A DNA stretch of 64,000 bases from positions 987 through 64,986 of the forward strand of contig JAFGJZ010000177.1 of the NCBI GenBank assembly GCA_016928815.1, read 5' to 3'. Below, in pieces: positions 34,893 to 44,753 of this stretch. A program made the translations under genes and the position numbers. The first letter of the stretch is position 1, and each line of letters opens with the position of its first letter. Source of the DNA: Spirochaetota bacterium (GTDB lineage: Bacteria > Spirochaetota > UBA4802 > JAFGJZ01). The notes beneath the pieces are model-generated. The model did no database searches and was not told the DNA's origin. It saw only the letters and a program-made list of their open reading frames with translations.

Positions 34893-36013
34893 TGATGCTG
34901 AAAAAAATTATATTGTCATTTGTGCTGATTCTATCAGTTGTTTATTACGGATGTACTCCGCCGAAAAATTATATTTCAGATTCTTCACGGAGAAAAATCA
35001 GTTCTGTTCGTACTGTGAAGGTTCTTATTCTGAAAACGGGACAGAGAACTGTTTTCAGTTCAGCAAAAAATATATCAGTTTATGACGGCGGAAATTCCGA
35101 AATTTTCAACGGAAAAAGTTTTTCAGTTTCAGCAGCTGATGTGAAAAGCAAAATAAGAATATCGTCGGCAGATGAAATTATCAGAATAAATGATACGCCG
35201 TACCGCGGAAATGTTGTCATTCAGAAAGAAAATGATTCCATGCTTGTTATAAATCACGTGAATATTGAAAAATACCTATGCAGTGTCGTTCCTTCCGAAA
35301 TGGCAAAAAGCTGGCCGATTGAAGCATTGAAAGCACAGGCAATTGCAGCAAGAACATATGCCTATAATCATATTGCATCCGCTAAAAATACTGTTTATGA
35401 TCTTGATGCAACTACAAGTTTTCAGGTGTACAAGGGATGTTCCGTAGAAGGTCCGGTTTCAAATGAAGCAGTATTTCTTACAGCCGGAGTTATAATGGTG
35501 AGCGGCGGAAAGCCAATAGCTGCTTTTTTTCATTCCACATGCGGAGGAGAAACAATTTCCAATCAGTTTGTATGGCAGGGTGAAAAAATATCCTATCTGA
35601 ATGATGAAAAATGTTCATATTGTTCTGACTCACCTTATTTTACCTGGACTGAAGAGGTGAATTTAAATGAATTCAGGTCGGCTCTGTTAAAAAAGAATCC
35701 TTCCGCAGGCTCTTTAAAGGGTATTACTTTTAAAAAGCATAATGGCCGCATAATTGAATGCATTATTAAGCATACGGGCGGAGTTACCTCCCTTACAGGA
35801 AATGATTTAAGACTGTTTCTTGGTGCGAAAAAAATAAAAAGCTTGTATTTTACCACTTCAAAAATAAACAATGTGATAAGAATATCAGGACATGGTTACG
35901 GTCATGGAGTCGGCATGTGCCAGTATGGTGCAAGGGGAATGGCGATGAAAGGACTTGATCATGTTGAAATTCTCAGAAAATACTACCGGGGAATTGAATT
36001 TTTACGTATTTAG
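34892..36013 (+). CDS. SpoIID/LytB domain lipoprotein (lytic transglycosylase-like)
   Basis: Lipobox VYYGC; YRG, VVPSEM, EALKAQAIAARTY, FHSTCGG, GYGHGVGMCQYGA. Confidence 0.92.
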   Translation: MMLKKIILSFVLILSVVYYGCTPPKNYISDSSRRKISSVRTVKVLILKTGQRTVFSSAKNISVYDGGNSEIFNGKSFSVSAADVKSKIRISSADEIIRINDTPYRGNVVIQKENDSMLVINHVNIEKYLCSVVPSEMAKSWPIEALKAQAIAARTYAYNHIASAKNTVYDLDATTSFQVYKGCSVEGPVSNEAVFLTAGVIMVSGGKPIAAFFHSTCGGETISNQFVWQGEKISYLNDEKCSYCSDSPYFTWTEEVNLNEFRSALLKKNPSAGSLKGITFKKHNGRIIECIIKHTGGVTSLTGNDLRLFLGAKKIKSLYFTTSKINNVIRISGHGYGHGVGMCQYGARGMAMKGLDHVEILRKYYRGIEFLRI

Positions 36014-36019
36014 TTATTT

Positions 36020-37060
36020 ATGTCTGAAAATATTACATATAATCTGAATGATTTTGACTTTGACCTTCCTGAAGATCTTATAGCGCAGTATCCGGCAGAG
36101 AATCGTGATGATTCCCGTCTTTTTATTCTGGACCGTAAAACGGAATCATTTATGCATGAACATTTCTATAATTTGCCTCTTTTCATTGATAGTGATTCAG
36201 TACTTGTTTTCAACAATGCAAGGGTTATTCCCGCAAGGATAATGTTCAGACGGGAAACCGGCGCTGTTGTTGAAGCTGTACTTGTCCGTAAAATTAATGA
36301 AATGTCATGGCTGATTCTTACAAACCGGATGAAAAAAATCCGTCCCGGGGAATTTCTTCATGCTGTGGAAGATGATACTGTTTTTGTCAGAATTATAAAG
36401 CGGTCAGGAGATTTTTTTGAGACTGAAACATCTGTTCCGTTTACAAATGATATATTATCAGCAATAGGTAATATGCCTTTACCGTCATATATACACAGAA
36501 ATGCAAAAAAACTGGATGAAACAAGATATCAGACCGTTTATGCCGCGGCCGGTAACGCCGTTGCAGCTCCGACGGCGGGACTTCATTTTACGGATGATCT
36601 GTTTGATAAACTTGCTGAGAAAAATATTGATACAATTTTCACTACACTGGATGTTTCATGGGGGACATTCAGTCCTGTAAGGACGGAAAATATCGGTGAG
36701 CATAAAATGCACTCTGAATCCTTCGAGCTTACGGATACTGCAGCTGCGAAAATAAATGATGCACGGTCTGCGGGAAAAAAAATAATTGCGGTCGGTACTA
36801 CTAGTCTCAGAGTACTTGAAAGTTCATTTAAGGACGGAATGAACATTCCGGGAAGAGGGGAAACGGACATTTTCATATATCCGCCCTATCAAATTAAATC
36901 AATTAACAGCATTATTACAAATTTCCATACACCGAAATCAACTTTGCTGATGCTGGTATCTGCTTTTGCCGGCCATGATCTGATAATGAATGCTTATAAT
37001 GAAGCAGTCCGGGAAAAGTATCGTTTTTTTTCATATGGAGATTCAATGTTTATTAAATAG
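36020..37060 (+). CDS. queA: S-adenosylmethionine:tRNA ribosyltransferase-isomerase
   Basis: FDFDLPEDLIAQYP, RYQTVYA, AAPTAGLHFT, VGTTSLR, TNFHTPKSTL, YRFFSYGD. Confidence 0.97.
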   Translation: MSENITYNLNDFDFDLPEDLIAQYPAENRDDSRLFILDRKTESFMHEHFYNLPLFIDSDSVLVFNNARVIPARIMFRRETGAVVEAVLVRKINEMSWLILTNRMKKIRPGEFLHAVEDDTVFVRIIKRSGDFFETETSVPFTNDILSAIGNMPLPSYIHRNAKKLDETRYQTVYAAAGNAVAAPTAGLHFTDDLFDKLAEKNIDTIFTTLDVSWGTFSPVRTENIGEHKMHSESFELTDTAAAKINDARSAGKKIIAVGTTSLRVLESSFKDGMNIPGRGETDIFIYPPYQIKSINSIITNFHTPKSTLLMLVSAFAGHDLIMNAYNEAVREKYRFFSYGDSMFIK

Positions 37061-37068
37061 GAGCAGTG

Positions 37069-37860
37069 ATGAAAATATCTGAAATATGCACCGTGCTTGA
37101 CAGACTTTATTTATTCGGAGCGCAGGAAGAATATGATAATTCAGGACCGCAGATACTTTTCGAAGATGAAACCGCCGGCAATATTCTGATCGCACTGGAT
37201 ATTGATGCCGCGGTTTTAGAAGAGGCTGTCGTAAAAAAATGCAACCTTGTCATTACCCATCATCCATTAATCTTCAATCCTTTAAAAAGTATAAACTATT
37301 CAGATAAACACGGGAGGCTGATCGCCGAACTTGTGTTAAATAAAATTTCTGTCATATCTGTTCATACATGTCTGGACCGGAAATATCCGCTTTTTCTTGG
37401 AGAATTGCTGGGGTTCAGAAATCAGACTGTATTTGAGCCTGAGATTTCTTCGGATGCCAGAGGGTATGGATCAATCGGTTATTTATCCGGTAAAACAGTA
37501 TTTTCCGAATTTCTCAAACATATGAAAACGAGACTGAATTCAGATTATATTTTGTATTCGGGCGACGAATCAAGGCTGATTAATAAAGCTGTTATCATAA
37601 ACGGATCAGGAAGCTCCTTTCTTAAAAAAAGCGCTGATTTGAATGCAGATCTGCTGATTACAGCCGACATGAAGTTCCATAACGCAAAAGAAGCCGAACT
37701 TTATGGTATTTGTCTGGCGGATATCGGACATTACGATTCCGAAAAAATGTTCAAAAAAATAATTAAAAATGATTTACATGAACATACAAAACTTGATGAT
37801 TGCAGTATTATACTCAGTGATGAGGAAAAAAATCCCATTAAGGTATATTTGGAGATGTAA
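37069..37860 (+). CDS. Nif3-like dinuclear metal centre protein
   Basis: DNSG, ITHHPLIF, HT.LD, GHYDSE. Confidence 0.9.
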   Translation: MKISEICTVLDRLYLFGAQEEYDNSGPQILFEDETAGNILIALDIDAAVLEEAVVKKCNLVITHHPLIFNPLKSINYSDKHGRLIAELVLNKISVISVHTCLDRKYPLFLGELLGFRNQTVFEPEISSDARGYGSIGYLSGKTVFSEFLKHMKTRLNSDYILYSGDESRLINKAVIINGSGSSFLKKSADLNADLLITADMKFHNAKEAELYGICLADIGHYDSEKMFKKIIKNDLHEHTKLDDCSIILSDEEKNPIKVYLEM

Positions 37861-38565
37861 ATGATTGATGAAATCAGACATATGATTGAACTTCAGAAAT
37901 ACTGGGATAATGTTGTCCGTGCTGAAAAAGAAATAGAATCTGCAGAAAATGAAATTAAAAAATCAGAAAAAGAAATAGAAATTAAAAAATCCGGTTTTAA
38001 TGAACTGAAAACAAGGATAAAAAACCTGAAGTCGGCTGTAAACCGGAATGAAGTACTGCTTCTTGAACTTGCCGGAAAGGAAAATGATCTGGCTGAGAAA
38101 AGTAATTCGGCACAGAATGAAAAGCAGATGAATGCATTCAACAGTGAAATAGAAACAATTCGGAAAAATAAAAACACTATTGAAGAAGAAACCTTTACTC
38201 AAATGAGTGATCTTGAAAATCTTAATTCAGAATCCGCGGATCTGGAGTCAAAAATGCCTCAGGAAATTGCGGATATTGAAAAGCATGTTTTAATGATGAC
38301 CGAACGGATTGAGCGTTTTAAGGAGATAGCTGAAAAAAACAGAAAAGCCGTTGACGATAATTCTGATCTGCTTTCCGGACAGGTAAAGTCAAAATTCCTT
38401 AAACTTCTGAATTCATCAAACAGGAAGGCGATAGTAGTAATAGAAAAAAATGCCTGCGGCGGCTGCAGAAATGTTCTTCCGGTAAATGACGTGAATGATC
38501 TAGGTGATAATAAAAAACTGATATCATGTCAGAATTGCGGTAAATTTCTATACAGGGAAAATTAG
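37861..38565 (+). CDS. Coiled-coil protein with C4 zinc ribbon (HP0958/CT398-like)
   Basis: Long coiled coil followed by CGGC...CQNCGKFL; usual position after nif3. Confidence 0.88.
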   Translation: MIDEIRHMIELQKYWDNVVRAEKEIESAENEIKKSEKEIEIKKSGFNELKTRIKNLKSAVNRNEVLLLELAGKENDLAEKSNSAQNEKQMNAFNSEIETIRKNKNTIEEETFTQMSDLENLNSESADLESKMPQEIADIEKHVLMMTERIERFKEIAEKNRKAVDDNSDLLSGQVKSKFLKLLNSSNRKAIVVIEKNACGGCRNVLPVNDVNDLGDNKKLISCQNCGKFLYREN

Positions 38566-38573
38566 GAGAAAAA

Positions 38574-39251
38574 ATGCTTCTTAACATTGACAGGGTACTT
38601 CAGCTTCTTGCTGAAGGCAAGGATCTGAATAAAATATCAGAAATATCAAAACTGCCGGCTGAGCAGATTTCAACCATGATTCTTGACGCAAGAGATATGC
38701 TTAACAAATATGATAAGGCAAAGGTTAGGAAAAAAGTGATTCTGAAAAAGGGATCACATTCACCGGCGGATAATTTATCATCATCTGATTCTGTAAATGA
38801 ACTGTTCGAAGGTGCCGAACTTAATGCAATACCTGTTAATGCATTATTGAACTTCAATATCGCGGTTTCAAGCGGCGGAGACTTTTTTAAGGCAGGTATT
38901 GTCATTAGTGATGAAGAAGAAAAACAGATTGGAAAACTTCATTTTAAGCTTATTAAAAATTCCGAAAAAACGGCAGCAATAGAGGCAATAAGTAAATCAA
39001 TTGAGGTTGCATCCTATTTTTCTGCAAGAGCTGCAAAGTTCCGTATTTCCGACAGTACACTTGTGAAAATAATCAATCTTGAAATAAGAACAGAAAATAA
39101 AACTATTCAGAAAAATGCCGAAATGCTTAATCAGAAACTTTCTGCTCAGGATGACTTCCGGGTTGAATACATTTCATCATCTTCAAATGAGAAGACTGAA
39201 TTCCTTGCAAGACAGCGTGTTAAATCCAAAAGGCCGAAAGACAGGAAATAA
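38574..39251 (+). CDS. HTH-like N-terminus fused to a degenerate RNase HI-like domain
   Basis: AGIVISD, ISDSTLV and NEKTEFLA echo RNase HI motifs; occupies the usual rnhA slot after nif3 and the zinc ribbon gene. Confidence 0.6.
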   Translation: MLLNIDRVLQLLAEGKDLNKISEISKLPAEQISTMILDARDMLNKYDKAKVRKKVILKKGSHSPADNLSSSDSVNELFEGAELNAIPVNALLNFNIAVSSGGDFFKAGIVISDEEEKQIGKLHFKLIKNSEKTAAIEAISKSIEVASYFSARAAKFRISDSTLVKIINLEIRTENKTIQKNAEMLNQKLSAQDDFRVEYISSSSNEKTEFLARQRVKSKRPKDRK

Positions 39252-39257
39252 TTTTCT

Positions 39258-41261
39258 GTGAAAAGCAACTGGATAATAAATGTTCCTCAAAAAGAGCAGG
39301 CAGAACCTTTATCCGCAAAATATGATATTCCTCCAACTATTTCAGAAATTCTGCTTTCCAGGGGATTTCAGGATGATTCAGAACTTCTTTCCTTTCTGGT
39401 TCCTGAAATATACAGAATGAAATCACCTTTTGAAATTAAGGATTTAAAAGAGGCAGTTTTATGTTTACGTGATGTAATTTCACAAAAAGGAAAAATTGCG
39501 GTTTTTTCTGATTCGGACCTGGACGGACTTACTTCACTTTCGCTTATCCGTAACTTTCTGGAAAAATCCGGTATTTCCTATGTGGCGGACTATCCAAAGA
39601 ATGGTGAAAGTTACGGCTTAACTACGGCAATAGTTGATTATTTTCATTCCAAAGATGCTGCTGTTCTTCTGACTCTTGATTGCGGCATACGTGATTTTAA
39701 GGAAATTGAATATGCCGGAAGTCTCGGTATGCATGTAATTGTGTGTGATCATCATGAACCTGATGTTATGCTGCCGGATTGCATATGTGTTGATCCGAAA
39801 CGTCCGGACTGCGGTTTCGAATTCAAGGATCTTGCAGGTGTAGGTGTGGCGTATAAGCTTGTGCACGGCCTTCTGTTTTCATATCTTCCCGTTTTTAACA
39901 GAAATGTTTTTTTAATCCATGAATCCTCTGGAAATTATCATGTGCTTAAAACCAGCAATGGAGTTACCCTTTCATATTCCGAATGGGCAACAGGCGAACT
40001 GGAAAATTTGAATTATACGGATGATGATTTTATAATTGTTCTGAATACGGATGCGGTTTCTCTGCCGGAAAAGATTTCTGAAAGTATAAATTTCCGTACG
40101 GTTGATTCCTTTATCTTTAATCCCGAAACTGAAAAACTACTGAAAAAATTAACTTTGGAATTCAGAAAGTTTTCCTACTCTGAACTTCAATATATGGAAT
40201 ACATCAGCAATCTGATAACCTTTTCTTTTTCCGAAAAAATATATAATTTTATGACGGAAATTTCCCCTTTTGCAGCAATAGGAACCATTGCAGATGTTGT
40301 TCCCCTGAAAGGTGAAAACAGGGTTATTATTAATACAGGTCTGTGCAGATTAAAATCATCAGAAATTCCTTCAGTTGCAAAAATACGCGATCTGTGCTAC
40401 AGAAATTTTACCTCTAAAAATATTGCATGGACGATAGGACCTCTGTTAAATGCACCCGGAAGATTCGGGCGGACCGAATTAACGGCTGATTTTTTCTCCG
40501 GGACATCCTCTGATATCAGTCGAATTTATGATCAGATAAAATCTTTCAATGATAAAAGAAAGAGTATGGTTGATGAAATTATTTCCTTAATTTTTAATGA
40601 TATGTCCGGATATGATCAAGGTGATTATTTAATTATATATAATCTGTCAATTCATGAGGGAATTTGCGGTATTATTGCGGGTAAATTATGCGATAAATTC
40701 AACAAACCGGCTTTTGTCCTCAGTATAAGCAGAGATGGTATAATCAAAGGTTCGGCAAGATCTCCGCAGAATATTAATTTACTGGAATATGCTGTGAAAT
40801 TTTCACATATATTTGACAGATTCGGGGGACATAACCAGGCATTTGGGTTCTCAATTAAGGAAAATAATGTTAAAGAGTTTATAAATTTACTTAAGCAGCA
40901 TGTAACCGGAATTAATAATGAAGAGGCCGGATATCATGTTGATGCGGTTATTGAAATCGGAAACCTTAATGCTGAACTTCTGAAAGGGGTAGAAAAACTT
41001 GAACCATTCGGAAATGCCAATCCTGAATTAATATTCTGTTCGGAATTTGTTGAATTTGATTCTTTTCAGTATTTTGGCAAAAATAATGAGCATTTGAAAC
41101 TTATCATAAATAATATAGAGTTTTTACTCTGGAGTATGGCCCCTGAAGCGGAATCATTCCTTCAAAATAAGTTTCACATCATATACACTGTTTCAAGGAC
41201 ATATTTCAAAAGCATCCGGGAATTGAGATGTGAAATTGTTGATTTTTGCCCGGCCGTTTAA
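39258..41261 (+). CDS. recJ: ssDNA exonuclease RecJ with internal insertion
   Basis: DSDLDG, TLDCG, CDHH, LAGVGVAYK, GTIADVVPL, NAPGR, GSARS, FGGH, LEPFGNANP. Confidence 0.88.
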   Translation: MKSNWIINVPQKEQAEPLSAKYDIPPTISEILLSRGFQDDSELLSFLVPEIYRMKSPFEIKDLKEAVLCLRDVISQKGKIAVFSDSDLDGLTSLSLIRNFLEKSGISYVADYPKNGESYGLTTAIVDYFHSKDAAVLLTLDCGIRDFKEIEYAGSLGMHVIVCDHHEPDVMLPDCICVDPKRPDCGFEFKDLAGVGVAYKLVHGLLFSYLPVFNRNVFLIHESSGNYHVLKTSNGVTLSYSEWATGELENLNYTDDDFIIVLNTDAVSLPEKISESINFRTVDSFIFNPETEKLLKKLTLEFRKFSYSELQYMEYISNLITFSFSEKIYNFMTEISPFAAIGTIADVVPLKGENRVIINTGLCRLKSSEIPSVAKIRDLCYRNFTSKNIAWTIGPLLNAPGRFGRTELTADFFSGTSSDISRIYDQIKSFNDKRKSMVDEIISLIFNDMSGYDQGDYLIIYNLSIHEGICGIIAGKLCDKFNKPAFVLSISRDGIIKGSARSPQNINLLEYAVKFSHIFDRFGGHNQAFGFSIKENNVKEFINLLKQHVTGINNEEAGYHVDAVIEIGNLNAELLKGVEKLEPFGNANPELIFCSEFVEFDSFQYFGKNNEHLKLIINNIEFLLWSMAPEAESFLQNKFHIIYTVSRTYFKSIRELRCEIVDFCPAV

Positions 41262-41352
41262 TAATTTAATTGATTTTTCTATTAAAATATTTTATATTTG
41301 ACTGCATAATGTGTCTATGTTTTAATAATGTAATAAAGAATGAGGGACAAAA

Positions 41353-41655
41353 ATGAATATAGCTATTGAAGAAAATGATTCAACAGTAAAGATAAATGTC
41401 ACCGGCGATATTGAAATGATGTCAATCAAGGATTTTAAGGAAAAGTTATTAAAACTTGGACAGGATTCTGATAAAAATATTGAAATTGACCTTGCAAATG
41501 TTGATTATATTGATTCCTCCGGAGTAGGAGTTCTTATCAGTCTGCTGAAACTGCAGAAAAGAAAAGGCAAAACAGTAAAAATCAGTCAGGTCAGCGATAA
41601 AGTGCTTAATGTCCTTAAATTAAGTTCACTTGCCGATGTTTTCAACCTTGAATAA
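41353..41655 (+). CDS. STAS-domain anti-sigma factor antagonist
   Basis: IDLANVDYIDSSGVGVL. Confidence 0.92.
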   Translation: MNIAIEENDSTVKINVTGDIEMMSIKDFKEKLLKLGQDSDKNIEIDLANVDYIDSSGVGVLISLLKLQKRKGKTVKISQVSDKVLNVLKLSSLADVFNLE

Positions 41656-41656
41656 A

Positions 41657-42145
41657 ATGCTTCCAAATCTGAGAGTCGGCAGCGGGTTTGATGTACATGC
41701 GTTCTGTTCCGGAAGGAAGTGCATAATCGGAGGAGTTGAAATTCCTCATGATAAGGGGCTTGCCGGTCATTCTGATGCAGATGTTCTTATCCATTCTATA
41801 ATTGATTCTCTGCTTGGTGCCTCCGGTTTGGGTGATATCGGACGGCTTTTCCCGGATACAGATGATTCTTTTAAAAATATCAGCAGTATGATCCTTCTGG
41901 AAAAGACGGCTGAAAACCTTTTTTCCGAAAAATGGCGGATTATCAATATTGATAATGTTATTGTCTGTCAGGAACCCCGGATTTCACTATACAGCGATAA
42001 AATGAAAAAAAATATTTCGGAAATCCTGAAAATTTCCACTGACCTTGTTTCCATCAAAGGGAAAACAACTGAAAGGCTTGGATTTACAGGAAGGGACGAA
42101 GGTATAGCCGTATTTTCTACGGCACTTCTTTTCAGGGAAGACTGA
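41657..42145 (+). CDS. ispF: 2-C-methyl-D-erythritol 2,4-cyclodiphosphate synthase
   Basis: RVGSGFDVH, GHSDADV, GDIG..FPDTD, KTTERLGFTGR. Confidence 0.96.
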   Translation: MLPNLRVGSGFDVHAFCSGRKCIIGGVEIPHDKGLAGHSDADVLIHSIIDSLLGASGLGDIGRLFPDTDDSFKNISSMILLEKTAENLFSEKWRIINIDNVIVCQEPRISLYSDKMKKNISEILKISTDLVSIKGKTTERLGFTGRDEGIAVFSTALLFRED

Positions 42146-42254
42146 TTTCATATTCCTGCCGCTGCAGTCAATAAAAACTATTTGACATATCTTTGTAATA
42201 AAAAGCAAGTATTGTGTATATTTATTTTATGTATCATATTTCAGGAGTATCTTC

Positions 42255-43481
42255 ATGGTAAAAAATGACATTGAACTTTTAAAAAGGGGAACTGAAGAAA
42301 TAATTCCCGAAGATGTTTTTATAAAAAGGATAGAAGAGTCGGAAAAAGAGCAGCGTCCTCTGACAATAAAAGCCGGTTTTGATCCGACTGCTCCGGATAT
42401 CCATCTTGGTCATACAGTACTTATACGTAAAATGCGGCATTTTCAGCAGATGGGTCATAATGTAATTTTTTTAATCGGAGATTTTACAGGAATGATCGGT
42501 GATCCTACAGGAAAATCGGAAACAAGGAAGAAACTTACGAAAGAGGAAGTTCTTTCAAACGCTGAAACATATAAAAAGCAGATTTTTAAGATACTTGATC
42601 CTGAAAAAACAATAATTGAGTTTAATTCAAAATGGTGTGCTGATATGAATTTTGCGGAAGTCCTTGAGTTGACTTCTCATTATAATGTTGCACGCATGCT
42701 TGAAAGGGATGATTTTTCGAAAAGATATAAAAGCGGGAAGTCAATTTCAATAATAGAGTTCATGTATCCTCTTGTTCAGGGATATGATTCTGTTGCACTG
42801 AAGGCTGATGTTGAACTTGGCGGAACTGACCAGAAATTCAATCTGCTTGTGGGACGCGATCTCCAGAAGGAATACAATGTCCAGCAGCAGGTTATCATTA
42901 CCATGCCGCTTCTTGTCGGACTTGACGGAACTAATAAAATGAGTAAATCGCTGAATAATTACATCGGTATAGATGAGAAGCCTTCGGAAATATTCGGAAA
43001 AATCATGTCAATATCAGATGAACTAATGTATGTATATTTTGATCTGGTAACGGATATCCCTAAACCGGAAATACTGCGGTTAAAAACCGGAATGCTTGAC
43101 GGCAGTATTCATCCCAAGGATATTAAGGTCAGTCTCGCTAAAGATATCTGTACCCAGTTTTATGACAAAGATACGGCGGAGAAGGCTCTTCAGGAATTTA
43201 ATACTGTTTTTGTAAAAAAAGATATTCCTGATGAAGTTGAGGAGTTTTTTGTTGAAAAATCCATGCTTAATGATGATGGAACCCTGTGGATTGTAAAAAT
43301 GATGGTCGAAGCAAAAATGGCAAAATCAAATGGTGATGCCAGAAGGCTGATTGAGGGCGGCGGTGTTTCGCTTGATGGGGAAAAGATAACAAGTCCGGAT
43401 CTGAACCTTGATTTAAATTTTAAAAATGAAGGTATATTAAAAGTAGGTAAAAGAAGATTTGTAAAAATCATTAAAAAATAA
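42255..43481 (+). CDS. tyrS: Tyrosine--tRNA ligase
   Basis: [35 protein letters not shown]-terminal S4 domain. Confidence 0.97.
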   Translation: MVKNDIELLKRGTEEIIPEDVFIKRIEESEKEQRPLTIKAGFDPTAPDIHLGHTVLIRKMRHFQQMGHNVIFLIGDFTGMIGDPTGKSETRKKLTKEEVLSNAETYKKQIFKILDPEKTIIEFNSKWCADMNFAEVLELTSHYNVARMLERDDFSKRYKSGKSISIIEFMYPLVQGYDSVALKADVELGGTDQKFNLLVGRDLQKEYNVQQQVIITMPLLVGLDGTNKMSKSLNNYIGIDEKPSEIFGKIMSISDELMYVYFDLVTDIPKPEILRLKTGMLDGSIHPKDIKVSLAKDICTQFYDKDTAEKALQEFNTVFVKKDIPDEVEEFFVEKSMLNDDGTLWIVKMMVEAKMAKSNGDARRLIEGGGVSLDGEKITSPDLNLDLNFKNEGILKVGKRRFVKIIKK

Positions 43482-43517
43482 AATTTTAAATGATTTTGTA
43501 ACAAATTGTAACGGATA

Positions 43518-44093
43518 ATGACGAATTTAACAGAAGCGGAAATAATTAAAAAGGTTGTCGATGGACACATAAGTCTTTATGGGGATCTGGTAGAGCTTTA
43601 TCAGCAGAGACTTTTCAGGTATATCTACAGCCAGGTGCGTAATTATGATGATGCTCTTGAGATTGCACAGGATGTATTCATAGCAGCTCTTGAAGCATTG
43701 GGAAAGTTCAGGGGAGAGGCAAAATTCTCAACATGGCTTTTCAGCATTGCTTCCAATCAATGTAAAACGCATCTTAAAAAAAAGAAAAGAACCAGTACTG
43801 TTCCGCTTAATTTTATAGCAGAGGACGGCAAGGAAGCAGATTTTCATCTTGAAGATGTACGCGAAGATATTGAGCATTTTGTAATCAATGATGATTTGCT
43901 GGAAAAAGCATATGATGAATTGATAAAAATGCCTCCGGAATATAAGGAAATTTTAATTCTTCGTGATATTGAAGAGATGGCTTATGATGATATTGTAAAA
44001 ATACTTGGTATTTCAATGTCGAATGTAAAAGTGAGGATTCACAGGGGCCGGGAGATGCTTAAAAAACGGTTAGCTGCAAGAGGTTTGATATGA
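43518..44093 (+). CDS. ECF sigma-70 factor
   Basis: QDVFI, FRGEAKFSTWL..IA.N, region 4 VKVRIHRGR. Confidence 0.92.
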   Translation: MTNLTEAEIIKKVVDGHISLYGDLVELYQQRLFRYIYSQVRNYDDALEIAQDVFIAALEALGKFRGEAKFSTWLFSIASNQCKTHLKKKKRTSTVPLNFIAEDGKEADFHLEDVREDIEHFVINDDLLEKAYDELIKMPPEYKEILILRDIEEMAYDDIVKILGISMSNVKVRIHRGREMLKKRLAARGLI

Positions 44094-44743
44094 CTAAAAA
44101 ACATATGTCTTTTGAAGAAATTTCAGATCAGTATGATTCCATACGTGATGGTTCGGATTTTCAGAATGAACACCTGTCAGAATGTGCGGAATGCCTGAAG
44201 GAATTGAAAGTACTTTCAAATTGTATCGGGTCTCTTTCCGGTTATAAAAAAATTGTAATTGTCGATACAGATATGTTTATGAGTGATGTACTTTCCGGAT
44301 GCAGGAAAAAAAGGATTAAACTTTTATGGTCCAATTCATATTACAGGCACAGTTTTTTTGCGGCTGCTGCGGTTGCTGCAGTAATTCTTGTTGTACCTTT
44401 TGTCACTTCCAATATTCCTGTCCGTTCTGATGGAGTAATAGCGGAGAATACAACTGAACTGAAAGAAACCGAAATTGCAGTTGATTCGGAAAGTACGGAT
44501 GAAGTTATATACTTTCTGAAGAGAAATAATTTCAGAATTGTATCTGTTGAAAATGACAGGGTCATTGCCGAAAGCAGATATAAGGATTTTCTTCATCTGA
44601 AAAATGCTGTTGAAGGCGGAGTGGACAACAGTCTTAATTTTGTAAGTAAAAGCTATCTGTCGATGGCCGGAACCGCTTCCGGGAATAACATGTACATTCC
44701 AGGCGGAGACAGGGTAATCCGGTTTTCAATAATTATAAAATGA
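44090..44743 (+). CDS. Zinc-binding (zf-HC2) membrane anti-sigma factor
   Basis: HLSECAEC (HxxxCxxC), single TM helix; 4-nt overlap with the ECF sigma gene. Confidence 0.8.
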   Translation: MTKKHMSFEEISDQYDSIRDGSDFQNEHLSECAECLKELKVLSNCIGSLSGYKKIVIVDTDMFMSDVLSGCRKKRIKLLWSNSYYRHSFFAAAAVAAVILVVPFVTSNIPVRSDGVIAENTTELKETEIAVDSESTDEVIYFLKRNNFRIVSVENDRVIAESRYKDFLHLKNAVEGGVDNSLNFVSKSYLSMAGTASGNNMYIPGGDRVIRFSIIIK

Positions 44744-44753
44744 TACTATCCTT

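Noticed and set aside
37915..37990. Direct repeat GAAAAAGAAATAGAA
   Set aside because: It reflects the EKEIE coiled-coil repeat within the zinc ribbon CDS.
42146..42254. T-box upstream of tyrS
   Set aside because: The leader is too short and lacks the T-box consensus and terminator.
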